Below are positions 1 through 7,865 of a DNA stretch of 64,000 nucleotides, one piece after another. Within the stretch, counting starts at the first letter, position 1; each line of letters opens with the position of its first letter. The notes below the pieces were generated by a model that saw nothing but the letters and a program-made list of their open reading frames with translations, made no database searches and was not told where the DNA came from. Position numbers and translations under genes: made by a program. This stretch comes from Candidatus Enterousia sp. (lineage in GTDB: Bacteria > Pseudomonadota > Alphaproteobacteria > Rs-D84), in contig JAZLAZ010000020.1 in the NCBI GenBank assembly GCA_045613445.1, positions 74,433 through 138,432 of the forward strand, read 5' to 3'.

Positions 1-1290
1 GCACCATATGTTCGTGTTGATAACTTGTCATATGCAGATGTTAAAAATGCAATGCAGACATTGATATTTAACTGCGCTGTGCCTTGTCGTTGGGGTACAC
101 AAACACCATTTATCAACTTTACATTTGACTGGACATGCCCAACTGATTTGAAACCACAACGTCCATTTATTGGTAAAAAGCAGGCTGACTTTACATATGG
201 TGACTTGCAAGCAGAAATGGATATGATAAATAAAGCCTTCTTAGAGGTTATGACCGAAGGCGATGCACTGGGGCGTCCGTTTACATTCCCAATTCCAACA
301 TATAATATCACACCTGATTTTCCATGGAATCATCCAAATGTAAAACCATTGTTTGATTTGGCGGCAAAATACGGTATTCCAAATTTCCAGAATTTCTTAA
401 ATTCTGATTTGAATCCAACAGATGTACGTTCAATGTGCTGTCGTTTGCGCTTGGATGTGCGTGAATTGTTAAAACGCGGTGGTGGATTGTTCGGTTCTGC
501 GGAAAAGACTGGGTCAATCGGTGTCGTTACAATCAACTTGTCAAGATTGGGGTATGTGCATCGTGGTAACCGCGAAGGTCTGTTTACAGAATTGAAACGG
601 TTGCTGAATATTGCACGCGATACATTGGAAATCAAGCGTGATATTATTTCCAAGAATATGGAACGTGGCCTGTATCCATTTACAAAACGTTACCTTGGTG
701 ATTGGAACCATCACTTTTCAACCATTGGTGTAAATGGTGCCAATGAAATGGTTCGTAATTTTACAGGGGACAAAGAAAACATTGCAACACCAATGGGTAA
801 AAAGTTGGTTTTGGATGTAATGGACTTTATCCGCGAAAATCTGGCAACTTTCCAAGAACAAACAGGAAATCTGTATAATTTGGAAGCGACCCCAGCCGAA
901 GGTTGTTCATATCGCTTTGCAAAGACAGATGTTAAAAATTTCCCAGACATTATCACTGCTGGAACAAAGGATGCGCCATATTACACAAATTCAACTCAGT
1001 TGCCTGTAAGCTATACAGACGATCCATTTGTTGCGTTGGAACACCAAGAAGAGTTACAGCGTAAATATACAGGCGGTACAATGTTGCACTTGTATATGGG
1101 TGAACCTGTATCCAGTGGCGATGCGGCACAAAAAATTGTGCGTACGATATTTGAAAATTACAAGGTGCCATATATGACACTGACACCAACATTTTCAATC
1201 TGTCCAAAGCATGGTTATCTGCCAGGTAAACATGAATTCTGTCCAAAGTGCGATGCAGAAAATGCCGCAAATCAAGACACACAAGAATAA
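1..1290 (+). CDS. nrdD: anaerobic ribonucleoside-triphosphate reductase NrdD, large piece (5' end cut by window; ends before glycyl-radical loop)
   Basis: Frame 1 is open from base 1. Translation is NrdD-like (GGTMLHLYMGE; C-terminal ribbon ICPKHGYLPGKHEFCPKCD). TAA at 1288-1290. Confidence 0.9.
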   Translation, partial: APYVRVDNLSYADVKNAMQTLIFNCAVPCRWGTQTPFINFTFDWTCPTDLKPQRPFIGKKQADFTYGDLQAEMDMINKAFLEVMTEGDALGRPFTFPIPTYNITPDFPWNHPNVKPLFDLAAKYGIPNFQNFLNSDLNPTDVRSMCCRLRLDVRELLKRGGGLFGSAEKTGSIGVVTINLSRLGYVHRGNREGLFTELKRLLNIARDTLEIKRDIISKNMERGLYPFTKRYLGDWNHHFSTIGVNGANEMVRNFTGDKENIATPMGKKLVLDVMDFIRENLATFQEQTGNLYNLEATPAEGCSYRFAKTDVKNFPDIITAGTKDAPYYTNSTQLPVSYTDDPFVALEHQEELQRKYTGGTMLHLYMGEPVSSGDAAQKIVRTIFENYKVPYMTLTPTFSICPKHGYLPGKHEFCPKCDAENAANQDTQE

Positions 1291-1336
1291 ACAAATAACA
1301 AATCAAAATTGTCAATCTAGTTAGGGAGGATTAAAC

Positions 1337-1519
1337 ATGACAAACAATGCACACAGAACACCTTGCGAAGTTTTTTCAAGATCAATGGGTTTCATCAGAC
1401 CTGTATCAAACTTTAATATTGGTAAGTATTCTGAATTCTGTGAACGTAAAACATTTACCGAAGCAAACAGTTTGTCAGCGGGCGCCCGTCACTATGAATT
1501 ATTAAAACGTGCGGCATAG
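1337..1519 (+). CDS. stand-alone NrdD glycyl-radical peptide (60 aa)
   Basis: SD AGGGAGGA at 1323-1330, 6 nt before the ATG. EVFSRSMGFIRPVSNFNIGKYSEFCERK matches the NrdD C-terminal radical loop SRxxG(Y/F)xRPV..N.GK..E...R. Different frame from the large ORF. Confidence 0.7.
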   Translation: MTNNAHRTPCEVFSRSMGFIRPVSNFNIGKYSEFCERKTFTEANSLSAGARHYELLKRAA

Positions 1520-2225
1520 TAAAATGCGTGAAGTTCAAATTGGGGGATTGGTTCCGTTCACCACAATCGACTATCCCGGGAAACTGTCAGCGGTTTTATT
1601 CTTGGTTGGTTGTCCATTACGGTGTGCATATTGTTCCAATCCTCATTTATTATCTGTGGGGGATGGTGAATATGACCCTGCGCGTATGTTTGAATGGCTA
1701 CAAAAACGCGTTGGAAAATTGGAAGCGATTGTATTTTCTGGTGGCGAAGCATTAATGCAAGGCGATATTGCGATTGAATATATGCGTCGTGTGCGCGATT
1801 TGGGTTTCAAGATTGGTTTGCATACAAATGGGTTCTATCCTGATTTGTTAAAGCGTGCGTCGGACATTGTTGATTGGATTGGGCTGGATTTCAAGGCAAT
1901 ACGTGAAAAATATCCTGATTTAACTGGTCAACATATCGCATACGATAATATGATGCGTTCGTTGGATGTATGGCTGGATACAGGCAAAGAATTCGAAGTT
2001 CGTATCACATGCGACCCACGATATATATCTGTTGATGATTTATATGAAATCGCAGATATCTTAGCGGGCAGGGGGGTAAAGAATATCGCAGTTCAAAAGT
2101 ATATTCCACACTTTGAAGACGAAGATAACAAAACCACAGATGCCATGCGAAATCAGTTCTTTAATGATTATGATTTGCGCGACAAATTAAATTCAATGTT
2201 TGAATCTGTTATATGGCGCGAATAG
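1509..2225 (+). CDS. nrdG: anaerobic RNR activating enzyme (radical SAM)
   Basis: CPLRCAYCSNP radical-SAM CxxxCxxC motif near the N-terminus, directly after nrdD. Start is GTG 1509 or ATG 1524. Confidence 0.85.
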   Translation: MRHSKMREVQIGGLVPFTTIDYPGKLSAVLFLVGCPLRCAYCSNPHLLSVGDGEYDPARMFEWLQKRVGKLEAIVFSGGEALMQGDIAIEYMRRVRDLGFKIGLHTNGFYPDLLKRASDIVDWIGLDFKAIREKYPDLTGQHIAYDNMMRSLDVWLDTGKEFEVRITCDPRYISVDDLYEIADILAGRGVKNIAVQKYIPHFEDEDNKTTDAMRNQFFNDYDLRDKLNSMFESVIWRE

Positions 2226-2238
2226 TTTTTTCAGGAAG

Positions 2239-2267
2239 CAAACACCCCCATTTGGGGGTGTTTTTTA
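2239..2267. terminator. bidirectional intrinsic terminator between nrdG and metK
   Basis: aaACACCCCCAtttGGGGGTGtttttt. The T-tract contains the metK stop codon. Confidence 0.75.
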
Positions 2268-3287
2268 TTTGTTAGCAACTTTTAATGACTGTAATCCTTG
2301 TGCACACAATTTTGTGTATATGGGTTTGTCCAACCCCAAGAATTTTATTAATTCACGTGGTGGATGAATACAGAACAAATCGCGTTCTGTTATAACACCG
2401 TTACGTATGGTTTTTATCAGCCCACTGGGCAACAACTTTTGCCCAATACAAGATGACAAATATACCCAACATTCATCGTTGCGCCCCAGATTTTCCAGTG
2501 CTAAATATCGTGCATACATATTCAGTGTTAAATCTGCCTTGGTTGCATCTTTGGTCCATGGCGAACCACCGCCAATTGGTGATGCGGTTGAATAAAAATC
2601 GCACGCTAATTTGCGACCTGTTACGCCACAATCTGCGATTGATGAATGATATGTGTAAATGCCGGTTCCATTAACAATAATGTCTTCTGGTGTTTGCCCC
2701 AGTGTATCAATGATAAACCGATGCAAATCTTGATGCTTTAACATTGGAATTGCAACAATTGCAGTCTTTATTTTTCCATTTTCATCAATTGTAATCTGTG
2801 TCTTGATGTCCAACCCTAAATTGTCAGAGCTGCGTGCCATTTCATACAACGCGCGATTTAATTTGCGTGCCAGATATAATTCCAGATTGATGTTGTCTGG
2901 GCCATGACACGCGTATCCAACGAATACACCTTGGTCGCCCCAAGCACCTGATTCAACACCGCGATTTATATCTGGTGATTGTACACCGATAAGATTGATG
3001 ACATTTACTTTGCTGGTATTAATGGCATAATCACCCCAAACAGATGAATATCGACCATCATATCCGATTTCACGTAACGCAGATTTAACATATTCGCATA
3101 CGTTTGACAGGTCCACATTACCTGTGATTTCACCGCCAAGTATAACAGTGTTATCTTTGACCATAACTTCGACTGCATATTTGACAGAATTGTCCATTTC
3201 AATCATGCGATCCAAGATATAAGATGAAATATAATCGGAAATTTTATCAGGGTGTCCCAGCGACACCGCTTCTGCTGTTTTTAACAT
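2265..3287 (-). CDS. metK: S-adenosylmethionine synthetase, short divergent form (340 aa)
   Basis: GHPDK, GAWGDQGVFVGYA, DIKTQIT, GVTGRK and GGGSPWTKDATKADL correspond to canonical MetK motifs. Confidence 0.8.
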   Translation of the reverse strand: MLKTAEAVSLGHPDKISDYISSYILDRMIEMDNSVKYAVEVMVKDNTVILGGEITGNVDLSNVCEYVKSALREIGYDGRYSSVWGDYAINTSKVNVINLIGVQSPDINRGVESGAWGDQGVFVGYACHGPDNINLELYLARKLNRALYEMARSSDNLGLDIKTQITIDENGKIKTAIVAIPMLKHQDLHRFIIDTLGQTPEDIIVNGTGIYTYHSSIADCGVTGRKLACDFYSTASPIGGGSPWTKDATKADLTLNMYARYLALENLGRNDECWVYLSSCIGQKLLPSGLIKTIRNGVITERDLFCIHPPRELIKFLGLDKPIYTKLCAQGLQSLKVANK

Positions 3288-3410
3288 AGAAAGACTCCTG
3301 TTTTAGTCCATTGACGCAGGACAAGTAAGGATTTAAATCCGCGGTCACGCAACACCATGTCACATGACGAAGATAATACTATCATTAAAAAATACAATTT
3401 GCAAGGTAAT

Positions 3411-3458
3411 AAAAAACACCCCATTGGGGCATTTTTTATTTATGGCGGATGGTGAGGA
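3411..3458 (-). repeat. direct repeat copy 1: terminator hairpin plus last ~15 nt of tRNA-Ser (orphan 3' fragment)
   Basis: aaaaaacaccccattggggcattttttatttatggcggatggtgagg is nearly identical to 3672-3719. Confidence 0.85.
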
Positions 3459-3671
3459 CTGCCTTGATATACAAAAATTAAAATCAAAAAAATCTTGTGA
3501 ACTGCGATTTTTTAAGATTTTACTAATTGTTTATCTGCGTATTCCCTTGGCGCATGTGCCTGCGGGGCAACCGTGACGATTTCAATGCGTTTCACTGTTG
3601 AAATCTACTTGTTGTCGAACCTTGGCAACTTTGTTGCGGTTCTAATCCCAAACCACACATCAGCATAAATA

Positions 3672-3719
3672 AAAAAACACCCCATTGGGGCATTTTTTAT
3701 TTATGGCGGATGGTGAGGG
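3672..3719 (-). repeat. direct repeat copy 2: terminator hairpin plus true 3' end of tRNA-Ser
   Basis: Same ~47-nt string as 3411-3458; one extra A in the A-tract. Confidence 0.85.
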
Positions 3720-3793
3720 ATTCGAACCCCCGGTGGAGTTGCCCCCACAACGGTTTTCAAGACCGCCGCATTCGACCGCTCTGCCAACCATCC
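3704..3793 (-). tRNA. tRNA-Ser(UGA), CCA encoded
   Basis: Reverse complement is GGATGGTTGGCAGAGCGGTCGAATGCGGCGGTCTTGAAAACCGTTGTGGGGGCAACTCCACCGGGGGTTCGAATCCCTCACCATCCGCCA. Long variable arm; anticodon loop CUUGAAA. Confidence 0.9.
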
Positions 3794-3918
3794 TAAACTT
3801 TCAAAATATTTCCGTCGGTCTTTCAAACCTACGGTTTTGTTCGCTTGTCGCAACTGTCGTTGCTGCTCACCACTCGTTAGCGTTCGGCTGTACTGCGTTT
3901 GCCTTACTTACTCGTATG

Positions 3919-3954
3919 CAAGACCGCCGCATTCGACCGCTCTGCCAACCATCC
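3919..3954 (-). repeat. orphan 5' half of tRNA-Ser (positions 1 to mid-anticodon)
   Basis: caagaccgccgcattcgaccgctctgccaaccatcc is identical to 3758-3793. Homology stops inside the anticodon. Confidence 0.85.
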
Positions 3955-4240
3955 GAAACTGTTATATCATAGGTTTCTAAGCCACGCACAGTTTATATTT
4001 TGACAAGATAAATGTCAAATGTTTTTTATCTTAATCTTCAACTTCTATTTTTATATCAGTAACCCTTTATGCATCAAAATCCATTGTGATACCCTTTGTC
4101 AGTCTTGATTGTCATCTTCAAGTATAAAATCCGTTCCCATGAAGTTCCCCTTTATTTTAATCAATCTTGAGTATCATCTCTCTTTATCAGTTCGTCAACT
4201 TCACGTTTGATTTTCATGGCATTTCTCCCTTGGTTTGTTG

Positions 4241-5050
4241 TCATAATTGTAATTTATTTCTTTTAAGTGCGCAAGTTAAAATAAGTGCACCGCACATGAA
4301 CATCAACCCAGACAGCAGTTGTCCCATTGTCAATCCCCATGTTGTCAGGAAACCGATATGTGCATCTGGGGCGCGGAATTGTTCACAAATCATACGGAAT
4401 ATCGCATACAGCATTCCCATAATACCTGCCAAGGCGCCTGGGAATTTGCGCAGTTTTGTAAATCTGTACAGGCAAAACATTATAATAAACAACAATGCGC
4501 CTTCGGTGGCGGCTTCATACAATGGACTTGGGTGACGTGGAATTGTTGTGTCGCCAGTAAATACAATTCCCCATGGTGCATCTGTTGGACGCCCCATAAC
4601 TTCGCGATTTATAAAGTTGGCAATACGACCAAAAAACAGTCCGATTGTTGTTACAACAGACATTAAATCCAGTAATGCCCATGGATTTTGCCGTTGTTTA
4701 CGGGCAAATAAAAATATAGCGATAATAACACCCAGTAATCCGCCATGAAAGCTCATACCGCCATGCCAAACAGCAAATATGTCCAGCGGGTGTAACAAGA
4801 AATAGCCCAGATTATAAAACAGTACATAGCCCAAACGACCACCAATAATAACACCAAATACAATTGCGGTCAGTAAGTCATCTGTTTGCTGTTTTGATAT
4901 TTTGACAACACTGTCGGGCTTGCGTGTCAGATATTTGAATAACCAATATCCAAAAAGAAATCCCGCAATGTACGCCAGTGCATACCATCTGATGTCCAAT
5001 CCGAATATGGAAAATGCAACTGGTGAAATTGACGGGATTGTTATAGCCAT
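4241..5050 (-). CDS. lgt: prolipoprotein diacylglyceryl transferase
   Basis: Polytopic membrane protein with GGMSFHGGLLGV and GRIANFINRE motifs. ATG 5050 preferred over the ORF-track start at 5113. Confidence 0.85.
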   Translation of the reverse strand: MAITIPSISPVAFSIFGLDIRWYALAYIAGFLFGYWLFKYLTRKPDSVVKISKQQTDDLLTAIVFGVIIGGRLGYVLFYNLGYFLLHPLDIFAVWHGGMSFHGGLLGVIIAIFLFARKQRQNPWALLDLMSVVTTIGLFFGRIANFINREVMGRPTDAPWGIVFTGDTTIPRHPSPLYEAATEGALLFIIMFCLYRFTKLRKFPGALAGIMGMLYAIFRMICEQFRAPDAHIGFLTTWGLTMGQLLSGLMFMCGALILTCALKRNKLQL

Positions 5051-5060
5051 TATATTTGCT

Positions 5061-5297
5061 TTATCTGGATAGAGACCATTCCAGAGTTGCAATAATTTTT
5101 TTGATCCTTTCAATGCGGGCAGGGTCTGGATATTGAGAATTGACTTCTGCCTCTAAATCCAGTTTGCGTTGTTCCAGTATTTTCGAAGTAGATACCTTGG
5201 CGCAACGTGCATTGTGAGTCGCCACTAAAATATCTCTTTCGCCGCGGCAACGTTTTTGTTCGATGCGTGCGCGTGCTGCGTAATCTTCTTGTAACAT
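5061..5297 (-). CDS. hypothetical small coiled-coil protein (78 aa), upstream of lgt
   Basis: ORF ends 10 nt before the lgt ATG on the same strand. No motif recognised. Confidence 0.35.
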   Translation of the reverse strand: MLQEDYAARARIEQKRCRGERDILVATHNARCAKVSTSKILEQRKLDLEAEVNSQYPDPARIERIKKIIATLEWSLSR

Positions 5298-5383
5298 GTT
5301 TTACCTTTTTTTATGTTTATTATCTTGAAATACTAGTCTATTGTATTATATATTTATCAAAAGACAAGGAGAAAAACAAAAAA

Positions 5384-6139
5384 ATGACTACAAAAAAAAT
5401 AATTGTCAAAGATACTACGGCGAGAACTGTTTCTGCTGGTCGCAAACAATCGGTTGGTGGAATTGATTTATATTTCAAACGTATATTTGCATTGATGTTT
5501 GGTGCAGTTGGTGTAACTGCGCTGGCGGCATATATGACGATTTTGGGGGGTGGATTACAATATTTGTTTAATCTGCACACAGGCGGTATGTCTGGGTTAT
5601 ATTATGTTTTATTATTTGGTGGTTTGGCATTATCAATTTGGGCACAGGTTCGTGTGTTTAATATGAAACCAACAACAGGTGCATTACTGTTGGCACTATA
5701 TGCGATTTTGATTGGTGTAACAATGACACCATTGATTGCGGTTGCGTTGGCAGTGAATCCATCGTCTATATTGATGGCCTTTATTGTTGCTGCATTGATG
5801 TTTGCGTGTATGGCAATGTTTGGTTATAAAACAGTCAAAGATTTGTCTTTTTTGGGTATCTTTTTGATGATGGGAATGATTGGTTTGATTATAATTGGAT
5901 TATTGTCATTTATATGGCCAACAATGTTGGGTGGCGCGTTTGGTACAGTGGTTTGTTTTATCGGTGTACTGATATTTGCGTTGTTCACAGCATATGATAT
6001 GCAGAACCTGAAACGCGCATATGCATATGTTGGTGATGGTACACAGAAAAATCAGTTGGCTGTTTTGGGTGCATTGCATTTGTATATATCTTTTGTTGCA
6101 ATGTTCCAATATTTGCTAAGCTTGTTTAACCGTGAATAA
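5384..6139 (+). CDS. BAX inhibitor-1/YccA family membrane protein
   Basis: RBS AAGGAG at 5366-5371. Seven hydrophobic segments; the N-terminal and C-terminal sequence patterns look typical of the BI-1/YccA family. Confidence 0.75.
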   Translation: MTTKKIIVKDTTARTVSAGRKQSVGGIDLYFKRIFALMFGAVGVTALAAYMTILGGGLQYLFNLHTGGMSGLYYVLLFGGLALSIWAQVRVFNMKPTTGALLLALYAILIGVTMTPLIAVALAVNPSSILMAFIVAALMFACMAMFGYKTVKDLSFLGIFLMMGMIGLIIIGLLSFIWPTMLGGAFGTVVCFIGVLIFALFTAYDMQNLKRAYAYVGDGTQKNQLAVLGALHLYISFVAMFQYLLSLFNRE

Positions 6140-6163
6140 TAAAAAATAAAAAGGGATGTAAAA

Positions 6164-6346
6164 ATGGCATATAAAATAGATAAAACAAAGTGTATTGGTT
6201 GTGGCACTTGTATGGGGATTTGTCCTGTTGGTGCAATCAGTATGGGGGCAGATGGTAAATGTGTTATCGATTCGTCCAAATGTATTTCGTGTGGTACATG
6301 TGCTGCGGTTTGTCCTGTGGGGGCGATCGGACCAGATAATATGTAA
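6164..6346 (+). CDS. fdx: 2x[4Fe-4S] ferredoxin (clostridial type, 60 aa)
   Basis: Two CxxCxxCxxxCP motifs (CIGCGTCMGICP, CISCGTCAAVCP). Confidence 0.9.
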   Translation: MAYKIDKTKCIGCGTCMGICPVGAISMGADGKCVIDSSKCISCGTCAAVCPVGAIGPDNM

Positions 6347-6351
6347 AAAAA

Positions 6352-6376
6352 AATTCCCCAAAATGGGGGTTTTTTA
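6352..6376 (+). terminator. intrinsic terminator after ferredoxin
   Basis: ttCCCCAaaaTGGGGgtttttt. Confidence 0.7.
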
Positions 6377-6434
6377 TTGTAAATTGTTAAAAACTGTATA
6401 ATATATAATCGGTTATAAATGATAAGGATTGAAT

Positions 6435-7796
6435 ATGCCAGCAAAAACAGTCAATGATATTGTCGCATTATGTAAGCGTCGCGGATTTATTTTTACAGGT
6501 TCTGAAATCTATGGTGGATTGGGTGGAACATATGATTATGGCCCATATGGCGTTGAATTGATGAAAAATATTCGCAACGCATGGTGGAATGCGATGATTT
6601 ATTCGCGTGATGATATCGAAGGACTGGATTCTGCATTGATTACAAATCGTCTGTTGTGGAAATATTCCGGTCACGAAGCAGGTTTTTCAGATCCATTGGT
6701 CGAATGTAAAAAGTGTGGTGCCCGTATGCGTCAGGATAAAATGAAAGATTTATCTAAATGTGATAATTGTGGCAGTACAGATATTACTGAACCGCGTGCA
6801 TATCAATTGATGATGGGGCTGTCGATTGGCGCAACCGCAGACGGTGCAATAAATGCGTATTTGCGTCCGGAAACAGCGACAACAACATATACAAATTTCA
6901 AAAATGTTTTGGATGCGCGTCCACATAAATTGCCATTTGGTATTGCACAAATTGGTAAGGCGTTCAGAAATGAAATATCGCCACGTGGATTTGTATTCCG
7001 TATGCGTGAATTTGAACAGGCAGAAATGCAGTACTTTGTAAACCCAGCGGATGATGAAAAATTCCATGAAATGTGGATGCAAGAACGTTTGGCATGGTGG
7101 ATAAATGTATTGGGAATACCTGCGGAAAAATTGCGTTTTATGCCGCATGAAAAGTTGGCGCACTATGCCAAGGCGGCGGTTGATATTGAATATGAATTCC
7201 CAGATGGTTTTGATGAGGTCGAAGGAATCCATAACCGCCAAGACTTTGACTTGGGTTCGCATACCAAGGGTCAAAAAGAATTTGAAATTCATGCCAATGT
7301 TCTGGAAAACAAAGACAGTACAACAAAATTGTCTTATTCAGATCCACAAAGCGGTGAAAACTTTATCCCATATGTAATTGAAACAGCGATGGGTGTAAAT
7401 CGTGCAATGTTGGCTGTAATGTTAGAGGCGTATAATGAAGAAGACCTGGGCGATGGCAAAACACGCACGGTATTAAAGTTAAAGCCAGCACTGTCACCGG
7501 TCAAGGCGGCAGTTATCCCATTGGCGCGTAATGTTCCAGAACTGTTGACAATATCAAATGATATTGTTGGAAAATTGCGCAAACTGGGAATTGGCCGTAT
7601 TGAATTGGAAAATTCTGGTAATATTGGTAAAAACTATCGCAGACATGATGAAATTGGAACGCCGGTATGTATCACAGTTGACCATCAGACAATGGAAGAT
7701 AACACAGTCACATTGCGTTATCGCGATACAATGGAACAGGTCCGTATTGCAATTGATGATGTCGTGCCACGTGTACTGGAAATAATCAACGAATAA
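6435..7796 (+). CDS. glyQS: glycine--tRNA ligase, single-chain dimeric type
   Basis: RGFIFTGSEIYGGLGGTYDYGPYG N-terminus and class II motifs. RBS AAGGA 6 nt upstream of ATG 6435. Confidence 0.9.
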   Translation: MPAKTVNDIVALCKRRGFIFTGSEIYGGLGGTYDYGPYGVELMKNIRNAWWNAMIYSRDDIEGLDSALITNRLLWKYSGHEAGFSDPLVECKKCGARMRQDKMKDLSKCDNCGSTDITEPRAYQLMMGLSIGATADGAINAYLRPETATTTYTNFKNVLDARPHKLPFGIAQIGKAFRNEISPRGFVFRMREFEQAEMQYFVNPADDEKFHEMWMQERLAWWINVLGIPAEKLRFMPHEKLAHYAKAAVDIEYEFPDGFDEVEGIHNRQDFDLGSHTKGQKEFEIHANVLENKDSTTKLSYSDPQSGENFIPYVIETAMGVNRAMLAVMLEAYNEEDLGDGKTRTVLKLKPALSPVKAAVIPLARNVPELLTISNDIVGKLRKLGIGRIELENSGNIGKNYRRHDEIGTPVCITVDHQTMEDNTVTLRYRDTMEQVRIAIDDVVPRVLEIINE

Positions 7797-7798
7797 AT

Positions 7799-7826
7799 AA
7801 AAACGCCCGTTTGGGCGTTTTTTTCT
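7799..7826 (+). terminator. intrinsic terminator after glyQS
   Basis: aaaACGCCCgtttGGGCGTttttttt. Confidence 0.75.
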
Positions 7827-7865
7827 GTTGTTATTTTTTTTCAAATGTTCTAAATTTTTAATGCT

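Noticed and set aside
3794-3954. Possibility that the orphan 5' half plus the downstream sequence is an intron-containing tRNA-Ser
   Set aside because: A complete uninterrupted tRNA-Ser follows. The intervening 125 nt are too short for the group I introns I know of, and I see no group I intron-like pairing. A duplication or recombination scar is simpler.
3364-3972. ORFs 3364-3576 and 3685-3972 (both contain GHFLFMADGE)
   Set aside because: They are translations of the duplicated terminator hairpin and tRNA-Ser sequence on the wrong strand. The shared peptide simply reflects the 47-nt direct repeat.
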